A stretch of 63,735 nt of DNA, the filler included, from Octopus bimaculoides (lineage: Eukaryota), in NCBI RefSeq assembly GCF_001194135.2. It is 11 parts of 11 records of this genome, joined end to end, with 100 filler letters (N's around TTAATTAATTAA, not from the genome) between each part and the next. Parts side by side here need not be neighbours in the genome. Positions count along the whole stretch, not along the records: positions 10,232 to 21,232 come from NC_068991.1; positions 21,333 to 25,689 come from NW_026305998.1; 9 more parts are not named here. One strand, given 5' to 3'. Made by a program: the position numbers and the translations under genes. Shown here one piece after another: positions 12,651 through 25,504 of this stretch (its first letter is position 1; each line of letters opens with the position of its first letter). The notes beneath the pieces are model-generated. The model did no database searches, was not told where the DNA came from, and saw nothing but the letters and a program-made list of their open reading frames with translations.

Positions 12651-12770
12651 CTGTATTCCGTTCCCTCGTACACTGCAAGAAGTCCATGCTTTTAATTTCC
12701 TTCAGACGTTTTACTTTCTCAACAGAAAGATACAATTGATTGACCCAAGGAAATTCTGGAAGTTAAATTC

Positions 12771-12945
12771 TTTTATTCTTTTACTTGTTTCAGTCATTTG
12801 GCTGCGGCCATGCTGGAGCACCGCCTTTAGTCGAACAATCGACCTTAGGACTTATTCGTTGTCAGCCTAGTACTTATTCTATCGATCTCTTTTGCCGAAT
12901 CGCTAAGTTACGAGGACGTAAACACACCAACATCGGCTGTCAAGC
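12771..12945 (-). mobile_element. SINE family 1, 3' half
   Basis: ttttacttgtttcagtcatttggctgcggccatgctggagcaccgccttt...tgtcaagc. Confidence 0.85.
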
Positions 12946-13117
12946 TATAAATGCTGCAATAAAACCTTTGATCCGTTATTTTACGTTGTATTTGGTAGAA
13001 TTAACATTAATCCAGTCGCTGGAGGACAGTGTTTAAGAGAGTTCTACATTTAAGAGATGAGGAATTATTTACATTATTTACATTTTACGGATATTTGTCC
13101 TTATCTTGTTTGTTGTT

Positions 13118-13163
13118 AACACAATGCTTCGGCTGATATACCCTCCAGCCTTCATCAGGTGTC
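13118..13163 (-). ncRNA. Minimal type-I hammerhead-ribozyme-like motif (GAAA changed to GAAG)
   Basis: Minus strand: GACAC-CTGATGA-A-GGCTG-gagggtatat-CAGCC-GAAG-CATT-GTGTT. Stems I and II pair and the CUGAUGA core is intact. Confidence 0.65.
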
Positions 13164-13604
13164 TTTTGGAAATTTCGAACCTGGGTTCTCATTCCTAAGG
13201 CATTTTTTTTTTTCGGCCATATGGAGGTAACAGTTCTTCTGGGCACTTCTATTCCTCTTGACACCTTCTGCTATTGTCTCCAAGGACCCAGCAATAATTG
13301 GCACTATCTTCACCAGAAGGGAGCTAGCAACCGCTTCCGACAGTAAAACTGTTATCTTACTGGACCAATCCCAAAACCGTCCTACGTATAGGACATCACA
13401 GAATGGAAGCTGACAGATGAAATGTAGAATTAATCTGGAATGGATTTGCAATCAGAAGCCACAATTGAATACTAAAAATATGTAATCCGCAATTCTGCTG
13501 TTCCGTCAAACAAGAATGATCAATAAAAAAAAAACTGTCGCTAGAGTGCTTTGAACAAACTCTATATGTGTGTGTGTGCGTGCGTGTGTGTGTGTGCGTG
13601 TGTG

Positions 13605-13655
<51 letters not shown>

Positions 13656-13818
13656 GTGTATGTACATGTGTACGTGCGTTAGTAATAGTTATAACGATAT
13701 AGAATATGAAGACGTTTTCATCCTCAAAATTTATTTGACAATTTCATACACCATATTTTATGGTTATTACGACCTACACGTGTTCCTACTGCACAAAGTA
13801 TGGGCAGTTGCACATGCC

Positions 13819-13892
<74 letters not shown>
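13819..13892. repeat. (TTA)n array, read as (TAA)n on the sense strand of the adjacent R4/Dong-like element
   Basis: Direct reading; it abuts the element's 3' end. Confidence 0.9.
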
Positions 13893-14253
13893 TTATGTTT
13901 GACTTTTGCTATGCACTTGTACAAGTTGGCTCCAAGTCTCACCCAGAAACCTCAAAAGACAACAAGTTAGAAGTTCATGCTGGTGTTATGCCTAGGGTGT
14001 CATATATTTGGTTTAGCACATAATATTGTTCTAGAGAATGTTTAAGAAACCATACGAAAATTATGTGTTTGTTTTAAAATTTGAGATTACTTAGACATTA
14101 TTTTACGTAGGATATGGGCAGTTCCCATGAGCACTATCTTTTGAATTTCTGCCGTTTTGGGGTTTCCTTGCATCTGAGCTAGGTAGCAATCAGCCCCTTT
14201 GGCTATCATTCCTAGGGCACCTCTGACAACAGGTATTGATTTAGTCTTCAGGT
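13893..14253 (-). mobile_element. 3' end of an R4/Dong-like non-LTR retrotransposon (RLE C-terminus and 3' UTR)
   Basis: Minus strand: LKTKSIPVVRGALGMIAKGADCYLAQMQGNPKTAEIQKIVLMGTAHILRKIMSK*, matching the IPVVxGALG...QKxxLxGTAHILRK terminus of RLE elements. The element runs into a gap. Confidence 0.8.
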
Positions 14254-15399
14254 NNNNNNNNNNNNNNNNNNNNNNNNNNNNNNNNNNNNNNNNNNNNNNN
14301 NNNNNNNNNNNNNNNNNNNNNNNNNNNNNNNNNNNNNNNNNNNNNNNNNNNNNNNNNNNNNNNNNNNNNNNNNNNNNNNNNNNNNNNNNNNNNNNNNNNN
14401 NNNNNNNNNNNNNNNNNNNNNNNNNNNNNNNNNNNNNNNNNNNNNNNNNNNNNNNNNNNNNNNNNNNNNNNNNNNNNNNNNNNNNNNNNNNNNNNNNNNN
14501 NNNNNNNNNNNNNNNNNNNNNNNNNNNNNNNNNNNNNNNNNNNNNNNNNNNNNNNNNNNNNNNNNNNNNNNNNNNNNNNNNNNNNNNNNNNNNNNNNNNN
14601 NNNNNNNNNNNNNNNNNNNNNNNNNNNNNNNNNNNNNNNNNNNNNNNNNNNNNNNNNNNNNNNNNNNNNNNNNNNNNNNNNNNNNNNNNNNNNNNNNNNN
14701 NNNNNNNNNNNNNNNNNNNNNNNNNNNNNNNNNNNNNNNNNNNNNNNNNNNNNNNNNNNNNNNNNNNNNNNNNNNNNNNNNNNNNNNNNNNNNNNNNNNN
14801 NNNNNNNNNNNNNNNNNNNNNNNNNNNNNNNNNNNNNNNNNNNNNNNNNNNNNNNNNNNNNNNNNNNNNNNNNNNNNNNNNNNNNNNNNNNNNNNNNNNN
14901 NNNNNNNNNNNNNNNNNNNNNNNNNNNNNNNNNNNNNNNNNNNNNNNNNNNNNNNNNNNNNNNNNNNNNGCAGAGTGCTAAAGCCGCATTGCACCCGCCC
15001 GTGCATTGTTCTAGAACTGCCGACTTGTGGAGTTATGTCGACCACCCGTTGTCGAGTGTGAGAGGAATGGAACTATCAGTCGAGTGCGGATCAACCCGCC
15101 GCCATCTTTAGCAAAGCAGGGCGGGCGGTGTTACTCTGTCTGGTGGCTCTGGCGAAAGACGTTGTGTGCTGGACGAGGATGAAAGGGTTAAGGACAGGTG
15201 CCGTCCACTTCGGTCCCTCATTTTAAGTTTCGCTTGGAAAACAAAAGTGGAAGTGGAGAAAGAAACGGAGTAGTTGAAGAATTCTCTGCTTTACGTGTGT
15301 ACACCTCGCCACCCTCCACTCTGTTCGAAGCAAACATGGGGGTCCCGAGATCAAACCCCCAGCTACCTTCCCACCTCTTCTTGTTCCTCACGTTTGTTA

Positions 15400-15518
15400 T
15401 TGCTTACTGTTATTATTGTTGTGTATGATGATGATAATGATGGTGACTGTGGTGATGATGATGATGATGATGATGATGGTGGTGATGATGATGATGATGG
15501 TGATGGTGATGATTGTGA

Positions 15519-15552
<34 letters not shown>

Positions 15553-16057
15553 GGTGGTGGTGATGACGATGATATTGCTGTTGGCATTCCCGTCTAATCC
15601 CATAAAAGCCAGCCTCTCCGTAAATCCTCATTCACTGGAGTCTTTTGTGGGCGTGTCAGTGGGCGGGGCAGACAGACAGACAGACAGACAGGAAGGCTAG
15701 TGGGCGGGCAATGAGGCAGACGGACTGAGGAGGAATGGACGGGCGATTTACAAGAAGTGGTGGTGGTGGTGGTGGATGGTGATGGTAGTGGTGGTGGGGG
15801 GTAGTGGTGACGACGAAGACGGTGAGGAAGGTGGTGATGGTGGTGATGACGGCGGTTGTGATACGAGTGATGCTAGCGATGCTGCTGGTGGTGGTGGTAA
15901 TGATGATAATGATGGTAAGGATGGTAATGATGATGACGGTGGTGGTGATGGCAACGGTAGTACTGGTGATGGTTGTAGTGTTTATAAAAATAATGACTGT
16001 AGTAGTTACGGCTGCAGTGGTGAGAGCTGATCTATCAGTTGGCTACGATGGTACTGC

Positions 16058-16089
<32 letters not shown>

Positions 16090-16150
16090 ATGACAATGGT
16101 GGCGGCGGCGGTGGTAATAATTGTGTTGATCAGTCGGTTACTGAAACCAA
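15400..16150. repeat. Mosaic of GAT/GGT/GAC/TAG trinucleotide repeats
   Basis: Direct reading. Confidence 0.9.
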
Positions 16151-16349
16151 AATGGTGGTGTGTAATATTTTTAGGTGGAAAACAGACAAAACAGGAATCG
16201 CTGTTTAATACCCCCCTCCCCCCACAACACACCCTTCTCTTTCTCTCGCTTTCTCCCCCCCCCCATTCAGTTGTATTCTGTTAATCTATCTATTCACACA
16301 CACGCACGCACGTATACATGTATCTATCTATCTATCCATTATCTTTTAT

Positions 16350-16620
16350 TTCGCTCCATCTAAATTCAGGACCAGGTATTGCAATAGTCTCGGGGTTCAA
16401 AGGCCCACAGATCTTTAATATCCTGCCACAAAAATTAAGAAATCTGGGTAAGGTGTAAGTAGATGTCTTCAAAAAGGAACCAGACATCCTCCTCTTCACA
16501 ACATAGCTAAGGCCAGACGTGGTGCTGATTTCTGAACCATCAAAATAAACGGTTCTGTCCGAACCCCACCATTTCCCGGAGAGTACCGTATTAAGGAGGC
16601 AAAACATGGGAGGAAGAAAA
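16350..16620 (+). mobile_element. CR1/L2-like LINE C-terminal fragment
   Basis: With a frameshift: RTRYCNSL / GFKGPQIFNILPQKLRNLGKV*VDVFKKEPD; homologous to 36570-36730. Confidence 0.75.
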
Positions 16621-17302
16621 TGAAAAATGCTGGGGTTAAACTGAAACAACGAGGGTTCAAGTACGGTGTGATCCTATCGAGGTAGGATGCGAAGGGTTTG
16701 AAAACCAACTCCTCAGTAGAGGGTACAATATTCTAGGCATCCCATGGCCTGGCCTGCAGGCAGGGGTCCATCAGGTTAGTTGTCGAGGCAGCACGGGTTA
16801 CCTGAACATAACTTTAAGCTCAAAAGATGTGAACCCTTTCGAGGGGAGTACTACCTGGGATAATACTAGTTGGGGCCCCCTACGTATGATGATGCTACCT
16901 GGTCACAAGCTGGAATTTAATCAAAAGTAGCTAGGTCACCTGGATGGGTGTGGAGGTGAATAGGGGCATCACGGTGTGATACATAAAATAAACTAAATAT
17001 AGATATAGAGACGTGTCGGGCATATAACCTCTTCGATGCTATTAAGCTACGAAAGTTGTGTCGATCTTGGCAGAGGAATGCACTTTGTATGACAAACAAA
17101 GAAAATAGGAAAAGTTACAATGCCGGATATATAACCGGGTGGATATTATAGTAAGATATGAAATATGCTTGGGTTTTTATTTACTGCTTCCTGCTGCAAA
17201 CATGTGAACAATAAAAACTATGAATAGATCAAGACACGTATTTAGATTGAAGATGACATATACATGTATATGTGGGTGGGTGGGTGGCTGTGTGTGTGTG
17301 TG

Positions 17303-17368
<66 letters not shown>

Positions 17369-18045
17369 NNNNNNNNNNNNNNNNNNNNNNNNNNNNNNNN
17401 NNNNNNNNNNNNNNNNNNNNNNNNNNNNNNNNNNNNNNNNNNNNNNNNNNNNNNNNNNNNNNNNNNNNNNNNNNNNNNNNNNNNNNNNNNNNNNNNNNNN
17501 NNNNNNNNNNNNNNNNNNNNNNNNNNNNNNNNNNNNNNNNNNNNNNNNNNNNNNNNNNNNNNNNNNNNNNNNNNNNNNNNNNNNNNNNNNNNNNNNNNNN
17601 NNNNNNNNNNNNNNNNNNNNNNNNNNNNNNNNNNNNNNNNNNNNNNNNNNNNNNNNNNNNNNNNNNNNNNNNNNNNNNNNNNNNNNNNNNNNNNNNNNNN
17701 NNNNNNNNNNNNNNNNNNNNNNNNNNNNNNNNNNNNNNNNNNNNNNNNNNNNNNNNNNNNNNNNNNNNNNNNNNNNNNNNNNNNNNNNNNNNNNNNNNNN
17801 NNNNNNNNNNNNNNNNNNNNNNNNNNNNNNNNNNNNNNNNNNNNNNNNNNNNNNNNNNNNNNNNNNNNNNNNNNNNNNNNNNNNNNNNNNNNNNNNNNNN
17901 NNNNNNNNNNNNNNNNNNNNNNNNNNNNNNNNNNNNNNNNNNNNNNNNNNNNNNNNNNNNNNNNNNNNNNNNNNNNNNNNNNNNNNNNNNNNNNNNNNNN
18001 NNNNNNNNNNNNNNNNNNNNNNNNNNNNNNNNNNNNNNNNNNNNN

Positions 18046-18096
<51 letters not shown>

Positions 18097-18125
18097 GTGT
18101 ATGTATGTATGTATGTTGATAATAT

Positions 18126-18164
<39 letters not shown>

Positions 18165-18618
18165 GGCAGACAAGCAGACACACATGTGTGTCTGCTCCAA
18201 TAGTCAAACGGTAGCAGAACCTCCCCACTAAATGCAGTTCCACTGCTGAGTATCTTCTGTTTATTTAGTCAGAGTCGACAAAATCCAGATTGTTTCGCAT
18301 CAATAATTTCTCGTCATCTGTCCTGACGAGGCCATTGCACGGAAACAATCAACAGCTTGTCAACTAGCAACAAATATAATCATATATACATATACACACT
18401 CGCTCAAAAATACGCACACCACCTACTCTCATTATATATGGATATGCATACGTATATATATACGTTATGTGTATATGTACATATGTATATACGATGCAAA
18501 ACTATGAACTTTTATGCTTCTTTTCTCTCTTCATCTCCTTATTTTTTTTTACTCCCTTCCTCTATGTCATCATGTTGTTAATATATACCATTCTCAGTTT
18601 CCCTATGTTCCCCTATTT

Positions 18619-18673
18619 GTCTCTGATGACGGAACATCCCATAGCCGGAGATATCCCAAAACAACTGTAAGAC
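18619..18673 (+). ncRNA. Minimal type-I hammerhead-ribozyme-like motif (decayed)
   Basis: GTCT-CTGATGA-CGGAACATC...GATATCCC-AAAA-C-AACT-G-TA-AGAC. Stem I (GTCT/AGAC), stem III (AC/GT) and the GUA site are present; GAAA reads AAAA. Confidence 0.6.
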
Positions 18674-19402
18674 TTTGAATTTTTTCAAATATTGTATACG
18701 ACTTGAGATGTTTGATCCGATGCATCGGAAATCTGCAATGGCTCCATGACTACCGTCTCAGCTATAAGCTTGGAGCCCCAGCAAAAACCGTAACAGCACT
18801 TACCTAACGTACCTAATCGTTTAGATTACCTGTGAACTAAACCCACACATTTTGTGTTTATATATATATATATATATATNNNNNNNNNNNNNNNNNNNNN
18901 NNNNNNNNNNNNNNNNNNNNNNNNNNNNNNNNNNNNNNNNNNNNNNNNNNNNNNNNNNNNNNNNNNNNNNNNNNNNNNNNNNNNNNNNNNNNNNNNNNNN
19001 NNNNNNNNNNNNNNNNNNNNNNNNNNNNNNNNNNNNNNNNNNNNNNNNNNNNNNNNNNNNNNNNNNNNNNNNNNNNNNNNNNNNNNNNNNNNNNNNNNNN
19101 NNNNNNNNNNNNNNNNNNNNNNNNNNNNNNNNNNNNNNNNNNNNNNNNNNNNNNNNNNNNNNNNNNNNNNNNNNNNNNNNNNNNNNNNNNNNNNNNNNNN
19201 NNNNNNNNNNNNNNNNNNNNNNNNNNNNNNNNNNNNNNNNNNNNNNNNNNNNNNNNNNNNNNNNNNNNNNNNNNNNNNNNNNNNNNNNNNNNNNNNNNNN
19301 NNNNNNNNNNNNNNNNNNNNNNNNNNNNNNNNNNNNNNNNNNNNNNNNNNNNNNNNNNNNNNNNNNNNNNNNNNNNNNNNNNNNNNNNNNNNNNNNNNNN
19401 NN

Positions 19403-19446
<44 letters not shown>

Positions 19447-20614
19447 TACACGTACACACATACGCACATGTCCATATACTGATACATGTATATATATACA
19501 TATAAACACGCAACTAGTCATGTGAAACCGACACTTTCATACAGATAAATACGTCATAATTTACAAAATATAAAAAAAAGCTTCTTATGTATATTATATC
19601 TGCACACACCCAGGTGGATAAATTACTTGTAAGGTATATATGTATGTATGTGTGTGTGTATGTGTGTATGTGTGCGGGTGGATGGGTGGGGCGGTTGGTT
19701 GCTTGGGTTTGCCTGTATGTGGGTGTCTGTATATGAATGCACCAGTGCGCTTCGATCAGAATAATTGTGTATGTGTGTGTGTTGTGTGTGTGGGAAAAAT
19801 ATACGGATTGATTAATACATACATATATACATAAACACGTACACAAATATATGCATATACATAATTTAATTCGGTCAGCTGCTCTACTTTCAGTATCGGG
19901 TACTTTTCCTTTCCTACCAGGACGTTAAGGTGTTTGAATAGATAGATAGATAGACACAAACTTCCATCTGTTTAGGCGTTGGGTTCAAATAACACCGACT
20001 TCTAGTTTTACTTTTCCTCGTTCCAGGGCCAGTGTCTTCTAGCAGGGCCACGAGTCAACCAAAGATTTATAGATTAAATTTGGCTCACCGTAACTTAGCG
20101 GTTTGGCAAAAGAAACCAAGAGAATAATTATCAGGCTTTAAAACAAAACAGGTGAAGGATGGACGATAATTATACATAATTCTAATATGCCTTCAGAAGA
20201 TTCCATCTTGTTTCAAGCATTCAGACATCATCTACATTCCGTCCGATAATTATTTCTCTCGTCCTTTCTCTCACCAATCAGAGAAGCCATTTACTGGATC
20301 ATTGGGTGGCGTACCCTTCCCCGTCTGATTACGAACAGTAAATAAACCCCTGTACGACTTTCATCGGTCAGGTTTGATTATGGTTCTACCCCTGTATGTG
20401 AAAGCCCTCTCCTCTCCCCACTGCCGATGTCGTCCAAGAGAACGAGGGTTGCTTTAGGGTTTGGCGCCCGTCCTATCATAAGGGCTGCAAAAGATCGGAG
20501 CAGACACCGCCAGCTATCTTTTCCTTCAGGCCAAAGCTTTGTAAGAAAAATGACTTTCACACTTGTTTACAGAGCCTAATGTTGTTAAATAACAACAACC
20601 ATAACAACAACAAA

Positions 20615-20656
<42 letters not shown>

Positions 20657-20749
20657 CTGCCACAAAAGAAACCACAACATCAGCACCAGTTACTACAGTT
20701 ACAAGGACAATAACAACGAAAACAACTAAAGCAAATCACACACACACCC

Positions 20750-20830
20750 CACCAACATCGCTTGACAATCTATGATAGTGTGTTTACGTCCCCATAATCT
20801 AGCGGTTCGGCAAAAGTTAAATGACTAATA
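20750..20830 (+). mobile_element. SINE family 1, partial 3' domain
   Basis: accaacatcgcttgacaatc...tgtgtttacgtcccc...agcggttcggcaaaag. Confidence 0.75.
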
Positions 20831-21332
20831 CAAGTAAAAGAATAAAAGAATAAAAGAATACACGCACACACACACACACATATAGATACACACACGCGCG
20901 CACACATACTACGTGTGTGTGTGTGTGCGTGCGTGTTCATACACAGCACTTGAAGACACTTAGACCACTTACTAGCGACAACAACCTCTCCACGTGCTAA
21001 AAATAGCAGTCAAATTTTCCCTATCACACCCGGCTGTCTTAAAAATGGAATAGCAATCCTTGGTATTTATGATCGTCATGCCTGGAACGTCTTCGATTGG
21101 ATGTCTGCTCGATGCGGTCACGCTGGAGCTCAACAACAACTCCATCTTCAGCGACCACCACTGACCCCCCCACCCCCACCCATCCACCCATACGAACTGA
21201 ACACCAACAACAATATAAGAAGAACATTATCTNNNNNNNNNNNNNNNNNNNNNNNNNNNNNNNNNNNNNNNNNNNNTTAATTAATTAANNNNNNNNNNNN
21301 NNNNNNNNNNNNNNNNNNNNNNNNNNNNNNNN

Positions 21333-21363
<31 letters not shown>

Positions 21364-22644
21364 ATGTGTGTGTGTGTGTGTGCACACGCCTGTATGTGTA
21401 TATGTATATATGTGGGTATATATGCATGCATGCATGTATGTATGTATGTGCATATGAATAAACGTATATATGCATACATATCTGTATAGATGATTGCACG
21501 TATGTATGTATGAATATTTGAATGCATATATGTATGTATATATGTATGTATACACGTATGCATGCAAGTATGTATGTATATATCTATGTATGCATGTATA
21601 TATGTATATATGCATGTATGCATGTATGTATGTGTGTGTGTGCGTGTGTGTAGCTAAATCTATGGTTTCGATGTTGTTTCTGTGACGAGGTTTTGCCATT
21701 CGACAACCGCCAACCTTGTCAATGGAGCCTAATTTGCATATTATTAGCGTTACTTCCGAAAAGAGGCCACGGTCCTCTAATGAGATTTTCTATCACGGAT
21801 GGATGGTGATGACGGTGACGGCGGTAGGGGTGGTGGTGGTGGTGGTGGTGGTGGTGGTNNNNNNNNNNNNNNNNNNNNNNNNNNNNNNNNNNNNNNNNNN
21901 NNNNNNNNNNNNNNNNNNNNNNNNNNNNNNNNNNNNNNNNNNNNNNNNNNNNNNNNNNNNNNNNNNNNNNNNNNNNNNNNNNNNNNNNNNNNNNNNNNNN
22001 NNNNNNNNNNNNNNNNNNNNNNNNNNNNNNNNNNNNNNNNNNNNNNNNNNNNNNNNNNNNNNNNNNNNNNNNNNNNNNNNNNNNNNNNNNNNNNNNNNNN
22101 NNNNNNNNNNNNNNNNNNNNNNNNNNNNNNNNNNNNNNNNNNNNNNNNNNNNNNNNNNNNNNNNNNNNNNNNNNNNNNNNNNNNNNNNNNNNNNNNNNNN
22201 NNNNNNNNNNNNNNNNNNNNNNNNNNNNNNNNNNNNNNNNNNNNNNNNNNNNNNNNNNNNNNNNNNNNNNNNNNNNNNNNNNNNNNNNNNNNNNNNNNNN
22301 NNNNNNNNNNNNNNNNNNNNNNNNNNNNNNNNNNNNNNNNNNNNNNNNNNNNNNNNNNNNNNNNNNNNNNNNNNNNNNNNNNNNNNNNNNNNNNNNNNNN
22401 NNNNNNNNNNNNNNNNNNNNNNNNNNNNNNNNNNNNNNNNNNNNNNNNNNNNNNNNNNNNNNNNNNNNNNNNNNNNNNNNNNNNNNNNNNNNNNNNNNNN
22501 NNNNNNNNNNNNNNNNNNNNNNNNNNNNNNNGTGCGTTAAGAATGTAGAGGGAAAAAAGCATCATGGCCACACAATCCAGACAGCCATCTTGCACGCGCA
22601 CACACACAGGGCTCAAGAAGTCAATATACATGCCTATAAGCATA

Positions 22645-23328
22645 CAGGGTGCGATGGGTAAGTTGTCTTCGCGCGTGCGCATTGTTGCTTTTGATTTTGT
22701 CGAATACACAGTATAGTAGGGTCAGTTGGACACCGTCTGTGAGAAAAACAGCACCATGACACAATCCACTCTGTCAAAAATTTGGAAACGATATGCTGTA
22801 CTGCTTGGCATTCTCACCGGGAGCTCCAATACGAACACTTCAGAGTGTTTGGGTGTCAGTCTGAGGACATGTACTGAGAGTGGTGAAAATCAAACATCAT
22901 TGTGTTTGGAGTGATCACTAGTGATGGCGACGTTATGCCTCCATTCATCTTCCCACATGGCCTCAGACTCAACGAGCAGGCCTACATCAAGTACCTGGAG
23001 GAGGCAGTGCTGCCCTGGGTCAAGAGGATGGCTGCTGGAAGACCTTCTGTCTGACAACAGGACTCTGCGCCATGCCACTCAAGCAAGAGAACCCAGTCAT
23101 GGCTGTGAGAGAATTTCTGCGACCACATCACCCCTAATGGCTGGTCACCTATCTCCCCAGACTGCAACTCCCTTGATTATTATGTGTCGGGTGCAGTTGA
23201 GCAAGAGACCAACAAAACTCCTTGTAACACCAAAGATGAACTGATGGCAAAGATTATGGCTGCACTCACCAACTTAAACAAGGAGACCATCCAGAAGAGT
23301 TGCAGGAGATTCTGAGGTCGTGTGGTGA
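22645..23328 (+). mobile_element. Internally deleted maT-like (DD37D) Tc1/mariner element
   Basis: Starts TA|CAGGGTG. Transposase remnant IVFGVITSDGDVMPPFIFPHGLRLN...QQDSAPCH...SPDCNSLDYY, with 37 residues between the last two Asp (23061 and 23175). Premature stops are present. Confidence 0.9.
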
Positions 23329-23496
23329 NNNNNNNNNNAGTGGTAGGGCGGTGGAGAGGAGGGATGGGGGAAAACAGGTAGACATGTATATGTGCGTGTG
23401 TGTGTGTATGTATGTGTATGTAGATAGAGGAATATGTATGTACACATTGCTATGTCTATGTATATATATATATGTGTGTGTGCGTGAGTGTATATT

Positions 23497-23541
<45 letters not shown>

Positions 23542-23788
23542 CTATATATATACACACATATCTATAGATATATTCACATACATACATCTTTATATGTGTT
23601 TATATGTATATATTTATATGCATTTACATATATATATATATATACACACACACATATATATACGTAAATATATAGACATAAATATACATTCATATATATA
23701 CCATACATACAAATATGCATACATATACACGCATGCATATATATACATATATGATATATATGTATATATATACATATATCCTTATATA

Positions 23789-23847
<59 letters not shown>

Positions 23848-24654
23848 GTATCCATATATATATGTGTATATATATACATATACACACACACACACATAGG
23901 GTGGAGTGAGGGTGGGAGAGAGTGAGTATGGATAGAGAGGGGAGGGGAACGAGTGAAAGAGAGGAATCTATGAGGAAAGAAAGCGGTTGTAGAAGAGAGA
24001 AAGAAACTGGAAATCCGTGTTCCTTACTNNNNNNNNNNNNNNNNNNNNNNNNNNNNNNNNNNNNNNNNNNNNNNNNNNNNNNNNNNNNNNNNNNNNNNNN
24101 NNNNNNNNNNNNNNNNNNNNNNNNNNNNNNNNNNNNNNNNNNNNNNNNNNNNNNNNNNNNNNNNNNNNNNNNNNNNNNNNNNNNNNNNNNNNNNNNNNNN
24201 NNNNNNNNNNNNNNNNNNNNNNNNNNNNNNNNNNNNNNNNNNNNNNNNNNNNNNNNNNNNNNNNNNNNNNNNNNNNNNNNNNNNNNNNNNNNNNNNNNNN
24301 NNNNNNNNNNNNNNNNNNNNNNNNNNNNNNNNNNNNNNNNNNNNNNNNNNNNNNNNNNNNNNNNNNNNNNNNNNNNNNNNNNNNNNNNNNNNNNNNNNNN
24401 NNNNNNNNNNNAATAATGGTGGAAAATGAAATCACACCAGCAACGACAAGAACAACGGCAACAAAATAAAGCGACGACGACGACGACGACGACGATGACG
24501 ATGACAACATGGAGGATTGAAAATAATATAAAATCACAACAACAACAACAACAACAACAGCAGTAACAACAGATTTTTGAATGGGAAACAGGCTATTTGT
24601 CGTGAGCCAGCTAATAGAATTGACAGCGAGAGCAGTGCTTTTTATAACAACCCC

Positions 24655-24695
<41 letters not shown>

Positions 24696-24847
24696 GCACA
24701 CACACATATATATACATATATATACACACACATATACACCATCACCAGCGCCTCCAACACTCTAAGCCGAGATCTCATCACTAGAAAACAAAACCTGCCC
24801 AATAAGAACCGCCCAATATTGACAAAGTGAGGGCGAGAAGGTGTGTA

Positions 24848-24879
<32 letters not shown>

Positions 24880-25504
24880 GAGAGNNNNNNNNNNAGAGAG
24901 AGAGAGAGAGGGAGAGAGAGAGAGAGGGAGAGAGAGAAAGAGAGAGAGAGTATGTGAGAGAGAGAGTATGTGAGAGAGAGAGAGAGAGTATGTGAGAGAG
25001 AGAGAAAGGGAGAGAGAGAGAAAGAGAGAGACAGACAGGCAGCTAGACGGACAGACGGACAGACAGAAAATGAGAGAGAGAATGAGAGAGAGTGTGTGTG
25101 AGAGAGAGAGAGAAAGTGAGAGAAAATGAGAGAAAGAGAGAAAGACAGACAGACAGACGGACGGACAGACAGACAGACAGACAAACATGGACGGACAGAT
25201 AGATAGATGGATGGATGGATAGATAGACTATATACATACATATATATGCAGGTACAGGTTCGTACGGCGATCACAGTAAGCGCCTCTTGCAGACTCGGCT
25301 ATCTATCTACATACACACACACTTCCCGCTTACATCTACACCACACCCGACATCCATCACTGATTGTCTTCTCCACTCCCACCCACACCACCGAACCGCC
25401 TCCTCCACCGACAGATACCATCGTCAATCAACACAAACTCGATCTCCTCCATGTCTGTATTGTGCGTCGATTTCTTGTTTTTTTTTGTTGTTGTTTTCTT
25501 TTTC

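Noticed and set aside
17015-17070. Possible further hammerhead (..gatgctattaagctacgaaagttgtgtc)
   Set aside because: The CUGANGA core is unrecognisable (ctcttcga), so it is too decayed to support.
20960-21060. MEF2-like CTAAAAATAG site
   Set aside because: It lies in a ctagaaatagcag-type dispersed repeat also seen at about 37280 and 38625, so it is not evidence of a specific enhancer.
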